Positions 50,184 to 62,855 of a DNA stretch of 64,000 bases are shown piece after piece. The stretch is from Syncephalis fuscata S228 (lineage: Eukaryota > Fungi > Zoopagomycota): NCBI GenBank assembly GCA_025786725.1, contig JAHLTZ010000002.1:62001-126000 (forward strand), read 5' to 3'. A model generated the notes under the pieces. It ran no database searches. It saw only the letters and a list, made by a program, of their open reading frames with translations, and had not been told where the DNA came from. Numbering within the stretch: position 1 is the first letter of the stretch; each line of letters begins with the position of its first letter. The translations under genes were made by a program, and so were the position numbers.

Positions 50184-51311
50184 TTAGTTTTCAGTTTCTT
50201 TTAATAGCATTGTATTGAGTGCATATTTAAAGTTATATAATGGGCCATGACTCCAGTTAGACATAGCTGGTGAGTTAAATGGGGCCTTAAGAGAGCGCCA
50301 TTCGTATTCTTTTCCATTTGGCCCCATAATGTGTTGCATTATTCCGGATTTCACGTACTTGGAAACAAGGAGAAGGCTGCTGTTTACAACAAAATTATTT
50401 GTATCTTCAATATTAACAAGTCCTTTTCCTACTGGAATAGCATTATTGAAATTGAAAAAACTTGGAATGGTGTTATTATTGTTGTCACTGGTCATGCAAA
50501 TATCTAGCAGTATCATCAATATAAATACTCGCCATGAATGTCATACTCACCCTTAAAATCCATATGAGAATACCACCCCGCTTCTTTTATAGCATCAAGA
50601 CCTAATAGTGATTTAATAAATATTATATAAATAATAAAATTGTACCTGATCCAATATTCTGCCATAAAAGTTGTACAAGACGCGCACCGCTAAAATTAAA
50701 TAAAGTCAGAATAGTGTATATTTTGTAAAATTAACTTTGTTAAGCTCGCTATACCTGGTGTATTTTTGGGCAAAATCCTTATATGTCATTTCACATTGGC
50801 CTGGTATAATATAGCACACATTTCCTTTAATTATGAGCCTTTTTTCAGGTACAGGAACCAAAAACCTATCGCTCTTAACCGATTTGGGATCTAGCATTAA
50901 ATCCTGTTGATGGCGATACTTGTTAGTTTTTGCAAAGGTGATTTATATAAAATTACCTTGTATACTTGAAAAGCGGGATTGTTTGTATTCGAATTTGGTT
51001 CACATACAAGTGTAATGGGCTGGCTATGCTGCGTTCCTTTGATATAGTGAACACCTTTAACTTCATATGGATTGTCAGTAAACTGAATATCATATATGGT
51101 AAATGGACTTTCTGAGTCGTTGTTTTTATAACTCATAAATTCTACATAAATACTAAAGTTAGCAAATAACATGGGTAAATTGGCGTAGACGTTTACCAAT
51201 GGGTTCGGACTCAGGTAAGCTTGGCATTTCATTAACAGGCATGGCTTGAATAACCGATACTGTCATGAACACAGTAACGATGATAGCGAAAATGGATTTT
51301 ATCGTAAACAT
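50184..51311 (-). CDS. Secreted kinase-fold (pseudokinase-like) protein, copy A'
   Basis: Inverted copy of 29965-31086; carries the bases missing in the left copy. Confidence 0.72.
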
Positions 51312-53044
51312 TTTTGTGTAAGGTTTAGTCGTTAACTAAAAAGATGGATTTCATTAGGCTAATACGTAAGAAATATGATGTGATGGGTAAACAATAGATG
51401 TGCTATAAATCTAGATATTTATATCAAAATGCATCGTGTAATAGTCGCCATATTTATTACGAGGTTGAACGAATGCAGTATGCACGTTTATGAGTAAAAA
51501 ATCGTGGAAAAAGCACGTGGAATAAACTAAAAACAGTGAATCTTAACACTTCGATACGTAACTTGAGAATGTAAATGCTTTAAAGTAGCATTTCTATGCA
51601 TGTATGTATATTGAGTGGTATGATAAAGGAATGCAACTGATTATAGTAATCCCATTTTTGCGTAGTTGCCATTCTTGAAGCGAAGATATTAAAAACTATA
51701 AATTTGTCAGTAAATGCCGCAGATCGAGAGCGCCTTATTTGTTGATACTGATTATAGCTCATAGAAGTGCTGTAGTTTTGAACATCAAGTTTTAATAATA
51801 TACACTACAATTAACCATCGATTCAATGGTTTCATAGAATACAGTAAATGTCGCATACTATTTGTGAATTTTAATATACTTAGTTTTATATACCATCTGC
51901 CAACATATAAGCTATTGCCAATAGTAGTCAATGATTAATACTTAATTTATAAAATGATAACTCGGCTGTTAATTGTTAATAACTAGTGTAAAACCATGTT
52001 TATAAGGCTGCGTTTTATTATCATTACTCTTTTGTGTACTATTTTCCTCTAAACTGGTTTGTATGACATTAACGCATAACTGACACTGTCATCAAATTAT
52101 TAATAGTATAAATAAACATATAACACTATTGCCATAATAGATAGAATAGATGGGATGAATATAGCGATTGTATGGTACTGCTTATCAGCTGTATTGCTAG
52201 CATACTGTTTTACTAGACATTGTAGTAATTACATTATTGCGTTAGATTATATTACATGAGGAACATTATGGCATTAAACTACCTATAGAGATCATAACAT
52301 ATAATCAAATTGCTTTATTGCATATTAACAAAAACATGAATTATAATGTAGAAAAGACTGATATAGATCGCAATTAGATGTTGTATTAACAACAAATACA
52401 ATACGATAATATCAAAAACACAATATTTACACCAAGTCATGTTTTCAATGATAACTATATCAAAGCATGTTTTTTCTAAAACTATTATCCTTAGAATTAA
52501 CGGTACATGAGTTTGTAGAAAACTGCTTTTTATTATATATATACTATCAACGAGAACAATACAGGCATAGATCACATAATCTATACAATATTTGGTTTTG
52601 TTAATGCTAAAAATAGATTTTTTTATATTATAGCACCACAATTATAAACCAGCATATTAGAATTGTTGTACTGTGCTATGATCGTCAACAGAGATTTAAC
52701 TTGTAGATTACACACTCTTCTCAATGATATTTTTATATATGTTATACTGGATATGCAGCTGCAAGCTAGCCTAAATGATATTGTTGCATTCAACTCGAAA
52801 CATAATAATAAAGTTTATTTAATTCCGAAATAAGAAATGATTTATCAATGTGGATGCTAGCACATTGTTTTGCCTATTGGCTTCTTGCGCCGCTCACTAT
52901 GTATCATGACTTTTATGAAACGGCATATGGTAATGTTCAAGTGAAAGCGGTACAAAGATGAAGCGGAAGAATTCCAAGTAAAAAGAAAAATCCAATTTGG
53001 CTGACTGTTACGTCGTTCTGATTCCGCTTCTTTTTATGATAAAT

Positions 53045-53807
53045 ATGGCTTACTATTTGCGTTCGATCTCTCGCATTGCTACACGTACGGCCGGGTGCCC
53101 GTCACATTCCAGCTAGCATCAATGCATGGTGCACGAAATATTGCTCCTATTGTGCGTACATACACCACTGATGACAAAAAAGCCGTCGAACTAGAACCAG
53201 AAAAGCATGTAACGGATAAAGAAGCCGAAAAAAAACAGCAGAAATCCACCGAAAGCAAAGAAGGGGACTCGCTACAGAAACAGCTTGCCGACAAGGATAA
53301 ACAGCTTGCTGAAATAAAAGTAGGTATTTACTCTACTGATCAGTAGTTTTTATAACCGAATGTTTGTAGAATAACTACTTGCGTGCATTGGCGGAGACTG
53401 AGAATGTTCGCCAGCAAATGCGTCGCCAGGTTGAAGAGACATCGCAATTTGCCATTCGCAAATTCGCCAAGGATATGCTCGATACGGTGGATATTCTTGG
53501 CATGGCGCTTCACTCTGTGCCCAAGGAAAAGCTGGACACGTCCAATGTGGACGAAACACTAAAGAATCTGCATACCGGTGTTTCTATGACGGAATCAGAG
53601 CTGCTACGCGCACTAAAACGCCACGGTGTCGAGCCATTTAATCCAATCGACGAGGTATTTGATCCAAATTTGCATCAAGCCAATTTCCAAGCCGTGATTC
53701 CCGGCAAAAAGCCAGGCACTGTGTTCCAGGTGGAAAAACGTGGATTTATGATCAAGAACCGTGTACTTCGCCCAGCTCAAGTAGGCGTGGTCAAAGATGA
53801 TTCATAG
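53045..53807 (+). CDS. MGE1: Mitochondrial GrpE nucleotide exchange factor
   Basis: YLRALAETENVR, FAIRKFAKDMLDTVD, FDPNLHQA, RVLRPAQVGV. One intron and a 1-nt frameshift in the presequence. Confidence 0.95.
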
Positions 53808-54971
53808 ATAGAAAAATAAATATCTTTATAACGATAACATCTGTATTCAAATAATGTATAATGAATTAATGTAGTTATAGACATTTGTTAATATGAAGCA
53901 GCGGTTTATAAGATTTATTTGCATAATTGGATGTTTGTTTACTGCGGCATCTCATTTGACTTTTTATGTTATTACAAATAATTTGGTATAATTATTTAAA
54001 TCAAATAGTTTTTATTTAGTTGAGTGCTGTTCTGTTAGGTATTTTACTTCAACAGTATTCATAGGTTACATTAATCATAGTCTAGTATATTTGTATTTGA
54101 TTGTTATCAATTAGCTTGTGGCAGCATTTTAGCCATTATTGTGTATTTTAGACTATTGTATTCAACGTAGTAGTCGAAGTTTTAGCTATAATGCTATAAT
54201 ATACTCAAATCTTGTTTGTTTTTCTTAACTTGAAGCATCTTTGAATCGTTTTTATTTCACTAATTCTCGTTTATTTTTGCTTTACTTTCTGGTGTAAGGT
54301 CATAGTATTTAGTATTTGACACAATATCTTAACACTTGTGTAAATATAAACAATAATGTATGAAATGAATTATATACATTATATCAAATACATTGATATA
54401 AATGATGTAGAATATCGACACAGTATAGAATCTACAAACATCATGTGATTCCTCATGTTGATGGTCAGTTGAACAGTTGATCCACCGCCTTATCGTCACA
54501 ATGTCCTTCAACTGGCCCTTTTTTCTTTGGTTATTCTTTTTATTAGTACTTCTACGCTTACCGCCCTTCTTGTCTAAGGATTCTGTTCTAGGCTTGTCAC
54601 TAACTGTCATTTATTGACGCATATCGCTTGACGCACACACACACACCGAGTTTGTTACTGTGGCGGTAGCTGTTGTTTGAGCATACTTTCCAAGTGGTCA
54701 AGCACGACTGTTTACGTTGTTATTAGTCTTGGCATTATTTACTTAATATTCTCCCTGATATCCAACCATCATTAGTATTATCCGTATTTTATTTAACGTA
54801 TTATCGTATTAACTATTTATACTATTAACGCTTTGTTATCGCTCCTTAACACTTTTATGTTGCGTAACAACAAACTCCATCTTTAGTTGTAGTTCTATCG
54901 CTTATTATTATTATTATTTTATTGTTTATATCATTGTTCATATTAGTACGTGCAGTAACCTTGTTGATACC

Positions 54972-57900
54972 ATGAGCCAGAATACAATGGTATCTTCAAG
55001 CAGTAGTACTGGTGGTGGTGGTAAAAATAATAGTAACAGTAACAGTAATAGTAATAGTAACAATAACAGCGGAAATAATGTAAAAAGAACCAATCCACAA
55101 ATTGCTTATTCCGACCAACGAGCACCTGCTACACGTCGAATATCGCCAACAAACCGTCAAACACGCCTGCCCAATACACACTCTGATGAATATACCAGTG
55201 ATGCACAACAAGGTGCTCGAAATATTTATCGATCTGGCACTCGTCGATCAGTGAGTGAATCACGACTTGTAACAACAGATGAAATGCGTGAAATGAATGC
55301 CGCTATTCAAGAGGGGAATATGCACGTACCTGAAGCATATACGATGGATGCATCAGCATGGGATGGACAGTTAGTAATGAATGAACAAGATCAATATGGC
55401 ACGGCATGGCCTGGTTATTATCCTTATTATGGCTACGACCAGCAAACTGCCGCTTTAACGGCCACGGCAGAATGGAATGGTTATTATCCATCTATGCCTG
55501 CACCAGGTACTATAGGATATGATCCTTATTCAGCGGCAACGGCTGCGGCAGCAGCAACAGCCGCCGTCTATTACGGAACTACTTCTCCCGAAGCATTAGC
55601 GGCTGCTCAAGCTGCCTCAGATGCTGCCCACATATCTATGCTACATTCTGCGGATATGGCTCTTAATATGCCGGTAATGACATCAGGTGTCAATCCATCG
55701 GCGGCTGATGCATCTCAATTACAAGCATTGCCAGCATCGCAACAACCAACTACCAACAACAACAATCAAGTAATTGGTACACAGAATACAATTCAATCCA
55801 ATTTACAGCCTCATATTGGATGGAATTCGGCTGTTTTGGATCGAGCGCAACTTCATCCAGAACAGACTAATCGACGTACTGGCTTACCGGGTACATTTCG
55901 CACAAATAGTGTGGCTACACGTGGCACTGTAGCAGCGCCCATGCCTGCCGCCGCCGCCATTAACACTACCATTCGACGACGTCGCACTGTAAAACGTGTA
56001 GAACTTACCCGTGGTAATTTGGTAGTTGACTGTCCTGTTCCTAGTAAAATGCTTGAACGATGCGTCTATCGATCGGACGAAGAATTTACGCGACTGCGCT
56101 ATTCGGCCGTCACCTGCGACCCGGATGACTTTCTACGCAACCATTATACATTGCGTCCTGTACTCTATAACCGTCAAACGGAATTATTTATTGTAATTAC
56201 TATGTACAACGAAGACGACACGCTATTCTGTCGAACTATCAACGGAGTTATGCGCAACATACAGCATCTATGCAGTCGAAGCCGCTCTTCAACCTGGGGC
56301 GAGAGGGCTGGGAGAAGGTTGTTGTATGCATTGTGGCCGATGGCCGACAGAATGTACACCCGCGTGTACTTAGTGTACTGGCCGCCATGGGTGTTTATCA
56401 AGATGGTATTGCTAAAAACCAGGTGAATGGCCGTGAAGTTAAAGCCCATCTGTTTGAATATACTACACAGCTTTCTGTATCGAGTAATATGAAGGTTATG
56501 GGCCCGGATAAAGGTGTTATTCCATGCCAGATGCTATTCTGTTTAAAGGAAAAGAACGCCAAAAAGATTAACTCACATCGATGGTTCTTTAATGCATTTG
56601 CACCCGTATTGAATCCGAATGTATGCGTACTGGTTGATGTGGGCACTAGACCCGACGATGCAAGCATTTATCACTTGTGGAAAGCATTTGATCTTGATCC
56701 ATTGGTGGGCGGTGCGTGTGGTGAAGTCGGTGTAATGAAAGGATTGGCCTGGTGGCATTTACTTAATCCGCTGGTAGCCTCGCAGCATTTCGAGTATAAG
56801 ATTAGCAATATTCTGGACAAGCCACTTGAATCGACCCTTGGCTATATTATGGTGTTACCGGGTGCATTTAGCGCGTATCGCTACGCTGCCGTGCGTGATG
56901 ATGCCAATGGACGTGGCCCGCTAGCAAGTTACTTTAAAGGCGAGCCTGGCTATCAACCACTTTCGCACCAATCTAGCCAGAAACCTGTCGAGCGACACAC
57001 AGCCGGTGTATTCGAGGCCAATATGTATCTAGCGGAGGACCGTGTACTTTGTTTCGAGGTAGTGGCCAAACGAAATGAACGCTGGCTACTACGCTATGTA
57101 CGCAGTGCCTATGGTGAAACGGATGTACCTCAATCATTGGCAGAGTTCATCGCACAACGACGACGCTGGCTCAATGGCAGCTTCTTCGCCGCTGTCTATG
57201 CACTTGTCCATTGGTATCGTATATGGCGATCAAATCATTCAATATTACGACAAATTACCTTTTCTTTACAATTTATTTATACTTTATATAATATTATTTT
57301 TTCATGGTTTGGCATGGTAAGTAATCTATAGGTTAATATTAATTTAATACTTTTATTAATATTATTTAACAGGCCAACTTCTATTTAACATATCATTTTA
57401 TTGCTCGAACTATGGCCAATCCCAATATTGATCCTATTCCAGGCAATTATGGCCAATTGGTTGTGCGAATACTTGATTATCTCTACTTGGTCCTTATGGT
57501 ATCCATGTTTATTTGCTCACTTGGTAATCGGCCTCAAGGGTAAGCTATAGCTGAATAGTAGCGATAAATACTCATTTGGTTGTCTATTAGGTCAAAACTA
57601 CTTTATATTGGTGCCATGTTATGCTTTTCACTTTTTATGGGCTATATGATTGGCAGCGCAGTATTTCTTAGTATTCGTGGTGTTCGACGCGCCTTGCTGC
57701 AAATGGCCAAAGATAAACAAAGTGTCACAGTGATATCTGTACTATTTGGCAACTCCACACTACGTGACCTTATTATTGCTGTCGGCTCAACCTATGGTGT
57801 CTATCTAGTTGCTTCATTGCTCTATCTACAGCCATGGCATATGATTACCAGCTTTATTCAGTATATGCTATTGGTGCCAACCTACGTTAACGTATTGAAT

Positions 57901-58464
57901 GTCTATGCATTCTGCAACACCCACGACGTTAGCTGGGGCACTAAAAGCCAAGGACCAGAAAAGATGGATCTAGGCGTGGCTGTACCTATGCCTAACAAAG
58001 GTGGCTCACAAACTGTTCAATTAGTACTCCCGGGCATTGATAATGATCTGTAAGTGTAGAATGAACTGAATAGCTATACCTATACACATTAACCAATAAC
58101 TATATAGTAATTCGGCCTATGAAGATGCAATATCAGTAATTAAAACACCTGTAACTCACGAATCTCATCGCCGTGATGCCAAAACAAAACAAGAGGATTA
58201 CTATCGAATGATTAGAACATGGCTTGTACTCTTCTGGATCATGTCCAATGCCATTCTTGCACTAGTTATTGCTAGTACAGAAGTGAATGGACTACTTGAT
58301 CCAGGCAGGGATGATGATGTGGATCCTAACAATCCGGCTAAAGGTTTCTATGTAGCCAATTGGTATTTCTCCTTCATTCTATGGAGTGTGGCCGGTCTAG
58401 TCATGTTTCGATTTATCGGCAGTATGTCTATTTAGTACGCGCCACCTTCTGGAGAGGTCGTTAA
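54972..58464 (+). CDS. CHS: Chitin synthase, division 1 (class I-III type)
   Basis: [60 protein letters not shown]. Frameshifts near 56297 (G-run) and 58427. Confidence 0.95.
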
Positions 58465-58665
58465 CGTAACAAATCATTATACTGCTACAGTATTATTATG
58501 ACTATAAGCGTATTTAACAGCTACCATTCTACTGTACAGTTGACAAACATTTACATATTAATGACTATTTTTATAATAAACTAATTAGGCCATAAAATTA
58601 CGTATTTATTTAATTTACCAATAAAAAGATAATTATTACTACTTTTCATTTTACGCACTTTAACA

Positions 58666-61136
58666 ATGTGGTTCCTTGTTGGTCAAAATAATACAACTGG
58701 TAACCAACTAGCTTGGGTAGTAACAGCTATTAAATGTACTAATAATACTTATATATATATAATACTTGAGTGTAGGTCTTGAATGCTGGATAGACAACAA
58801 TAAGCCAGTAATCGTTGGAAGAAAAGGTAAATACTATTGTTAATAGTATTGTATAAGCTTATAAAGCGTAGATTGCGGCCTTATGATTACCAATGACGTG
58901 TCGGTCAGCCGTATTCATACGTCATTGTGGACTGATAAAAAGAAAGACCGCAGCAATAAGAAAGGCGTAGCAACAGTCGCTTATATCAGAGATGAAAAGT
59001 CCAGTTGTGGCACATTTGTAAATAAGAAACGTATTGAAGGACCACAGACAGAGTTGAAAGACGGCGATAAAGTAGGAATTGGCTCAATAACTCAGTTTCG
59101 GTACTAATATCTATATGAATAATATACGCTTATTAAATACTAATACCAATATTACTAGAGTGCAATACTGTCCAATTGTCATTTGTTATTCGATGGTCGC
59201 ATCAAGTACACAAACCAAACTTACACAATTAGCTCGATTAATGGGTATGAGTTAATATTAATAATATCGTTGTTATTATCTAATTTACACTGTTTATTAT
59301 TTTGGTATTAGATGTTCAAACGACTAATGAATGGGATGCTACATGCACACATTTATTAATGGATAAATTATGCGTAACAGAGAAAGTAACACTTGCTTTA
59401 ATTCATGGTGTGCCTATTGTCACTTCAGGCTGGCTACGTGCTCTTGTATCAGATCGTGATGCATTGATAAAACAAGGCAGATTGGCTATACCAGATCCTA
59501 CTTTGTTCTTACCAAGAATTGTTGATCCAAATGTGTCATCGGATATTTCATTTGATGCCAATCCTCGACGACAACGTTTATTTGTCGATCGAGTATGTGT
59601 TACATTCAGTGATGAACAGGTAATTAGGCATTAGTAATAGAGCACAGTGGGCTAATGATTGTTGGTTAGTATGAACGCGTGGATCGTATTATTTCAGCCA
59701 GTGGAGGTAAAACAATTCATTGTCGAATTGGTGACGAGGTTGCAGCAACTACCGTGGCCATTACCGAGTATTGTCGTGCCTGGCATGGTCTTTGTATTAT
59801 TGAGCCTCAAGAAGCTGATCATGTTGATTTGGTACGGCGTGCAGCTGAACGGTAAGTATTAATTCTTTCAGTTTGTCTACTGACTGTATTAATAACAACA
59901 TTTTATAGATTAGGAAAATCATTAGTGTCAGAACAAGATATTAATCTGGCTATTCTACACGTTTCGACTACCGTTTATTGTAATGGCAATCTATCAACAG
60001 CCGCTGTAGAATATACAGAAAGTGATGCCGATACTACGGTGATGATTGATTCGTTGGATTCCGCTTCAAATCTACACTCACCTAGCCATGCTACCAATAC
60101 CAGTAAGTTTATTAATTAATCTATGTTATGGCTATGTTTATTAATGACACTAAATAGATACTGAACCGAAAATACCTTCACAACTATCGTTGAATGAAGC
60201 ATTCAAGTATGCTCGATCCCGTGCAGATTCACAAAAGGTACAGTAGCATTGTTTTACAGTAATCGTGTATAGTTTAACCATACAAATAATAGTCAGCAAA
60301 ATTCAGTTCATTGCTTGAAAATATGATGTCAACTGAATCATCATCCAAAGTAAGCTATTAACTATATTTAACTTTATTATTTAACTTTATTATCTATATC
60401 TATAAAGGTGCCGGCAGTGAATATCGATATTAAATCAACTGTAGATTATAGTGATGCATCCCATAGTATGAATGTTTTAAAGGCCGATGGAATAATTAAT
60501 GAGAATATCAGTATACTTCAAGAGGTGTCACTATTGAAAATGGACCAGTACCAGTAGTGACACCAATGACAGAAGCAACCAGTAAACAAAAAGTAGTGAA
60601 CCATAAAAGAAATAATGTTGATATGGATGCAAATACACAGCTATTAGAACAAGATATACCCAAAGAAGAGTTACTACTATCTTCAAATAACTCCAATAAC
60701 TCCAATTCAGTAGAAATAGTGTCGTTGGTTAAAACATCTCAAAGCACTACCAGTACAGCTGTATCAAGTAAATTGAATACGACAACAAATTATAAGCGAT
60801 TCAAAAAGGTAGATTATTATCTATAAATGTTATTATAATAATAGCCGTAATGATGTTATAGGCTTCACATGTATCGTCGACATTTATACCATTGGTGGAG
60901 CATACCATTAAATTGGGTACTGGAGCATCAGGTAACAATGATGAATATGCTATATAATTTTGTATTAATAGTAATTAGAATCATGGTTGAAGCCAACAGT
61001 TGATACAAAGACTGATTGTGAAGATATCTTTGTGTAAGTATATGACATTTATATACACAATATTGGTATTAATACTATTTGACTACTATATAGACACCAT
61101 CGAACTCAAACAAAAAAAAGAGAGCGACAACGGTAG
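58666..61136 (+). CDS. NBS1: Nibrin/Nbs1 (FHA-BRCT) subunit of the MRN complex
   Basis: MW start; FHA motifs VGRK, DVSVSRIH, SSCGTFVN; BRCT THLLMDK..VTEKV..AL..G.PIV; Mre11-binding NYKRFKK; terminal EDIF resembling the ATM-binding motif. Confidence 0.88.
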
Positions 61137-61415
61137 TAATCTCGTTTATTTTCAATTAGGGATTAGTAATTAATTTAGTTAATAAATAAATAAAAAGCGT
61201 GTCAGTTGACAATTATAAATTGGAATCAATATATTTATTAATTTAAAAGAACTAAATGAACACTTTGACATCTAATAAACATGAACGTAATGTGTGTATT
61301 ATTTACTTTTATTAGTAAGAAAATAGAATGATTGACGTTAAGCTTTAGAATTAAATCTGGTGTTTATTTATACACCAGTATAAATATATATGTATATAGA
61401 TATTAACCGTTGATT

Positions 61416-62760
61416 TTAACGGATAATACCATTAAATATATGAGGTGCACGTACTTCTCCATGTTGTGTTCTTAGCGTTTCACCTCGATATTTAGCCACA
61501 CCACACTCGTCTGTCGTTAAATGAGGGGCAATTCGCTCCCATACTTTTTTCTTGGGATTTAATACTGATTCTGGTCGACCTAGATAATAAAACAGATAGA
61601 TCATTAGTAATTGATATGTATGTATACATGTATGTATGTATATATGTATTACTTTGATCATAGTGTTGAACAAAGACTCGATCCCTGGCTTGCTATTTTG
61701 AGGCGGTTCAAGCAACTCAACGCGACCATCTTGCTCGGCACAGAGCAGCATACCTTGAGAGATGACGCCACGTAATTTAGCCGGCTTCATGTTTTTAACT
61801 ACAATAACCTTACGTCCCTATATATGCATTAATAAATAAATAAGCTGTTTGTAATAGCTAGAGTAATGATTGCAGTTGCTCAACCGGTCTATTGACACAA
61901 ATAAAACCATTTATTTAGCAATACTACACTTACCTCTAGCGCCAATGCAGACATATACGGTACAAGTCCACTGACAATGACTCGACCGCCTTTTGCCATT
62001 TCTTCAGGATCACCTACGTCAACTATATAATGGTCGTTGTAGTGGCTGGTTGGTTAGATAGTCAATAGAAAGAGCTAATTGATGTAATTTGATACATCGA
62101 ATAAACAGAATAATGTTGCATACCTTGTTCGATGTAAAGTGTATCGGCCTCGGCGTGACGATGTGCAGCCAAAACAAGCGCTACCCGTAGATCCAATTTA
62201 TGGAATTCATCCTCCACGACAGTAGCAGCATTAGTGGTTATTGTTACATCATTGGTCGATGGATGCTTGGAAGTGTCGGCACCATTATAATTATTATTAA
62301 TAATTCTAGATGATTTTTCTGCTTTTTCTAAATAATTTAAATTAGGTTTATACTCTTTAAATAAATACAAGTGTACAATTAAGCTACCTTTAATTCCTTC
62401 AAATAGCATCTTTTGCACATGAAGACTTTCATCCGATGTTATATTTTCTTGTTCGGCCGGCGTTAACGATGGCTGCAGCTGGCCGCTATCTCCATCGTTA
62501 TTATCTTGGTGGCCATTATTGCTGATATCTTTTTTGCTATTATTGCCATGGGACTTTTCGGAAAAAGAGGATGGATTCACTAGGCGAGCATCAAACATAT
62601 GGAATCTATTAGCTGTCAGGGCAGCGAAAGAATGCCATGAATGTGTGCTGAATTGGCGGGCCACTGTTCGAGAATGCTTTAAACCTTTAATGTCAATACA
62701 GCGGCAACTATAACGGCTCGTTACAGCTGCTTTAGACGTCATAGACCGAATGAGTAGCAT
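61416..62760 (-). CDS. tRNA-binding OB-fold protein (Arc1/AIMP1/EMAPII C-domain) with presequence-like N-terminus
   Basis: [19 protein letters not shown]|[39 protein letters not shown]. Confidence 0.85.
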
Positions 62761-62855
62761 GTTTGTCGTAATAGCGATTTACCAATATACAAGGGATAAA
62801 AAATAACGAAAAAAAGATGGGTGACGAATTGTATCACATCTTCTATTTACCTATT

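Larger units (their letters stand above)
48221..52592 (-). repeat. Right arm of the ~4.37-kb inverted segmental duplication
   Basis: Reverse complement matches 28688-33052 with scattered substitutions and 1-nt indels. Confidence 0.95.

Noticed and set aside
28688-52592. Inverted arms as terminal inverted repeats of a giant transposon or virus
   Set aside because: No transposase, integrase, polymerase or capsid gene and no TSD seen. The interior is ordinary intron-rich housekeeping genes.
56270-56426. Overlapping chitin synthase ORFs suggesting programmed frameshifting
   Set aside because: One missing G in a G-run explains it, there is no slippery heptamer, and similar errors recur across the window.
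5574-58464. Chitin gene cluster (SKT5-like plus CHS)
   Set aside because: The genes are 46 kb apart, and Skt5 activates class IV enzymes whereas this CHS is division 1.
27195-62760. Cluster of mitochondrial genes (MMAB, GCV1, COX11, NFU1, MGE1)
   Set aside because: They belong to unrelated pathways, and this number is compatible with chance in a gene-dense genome.
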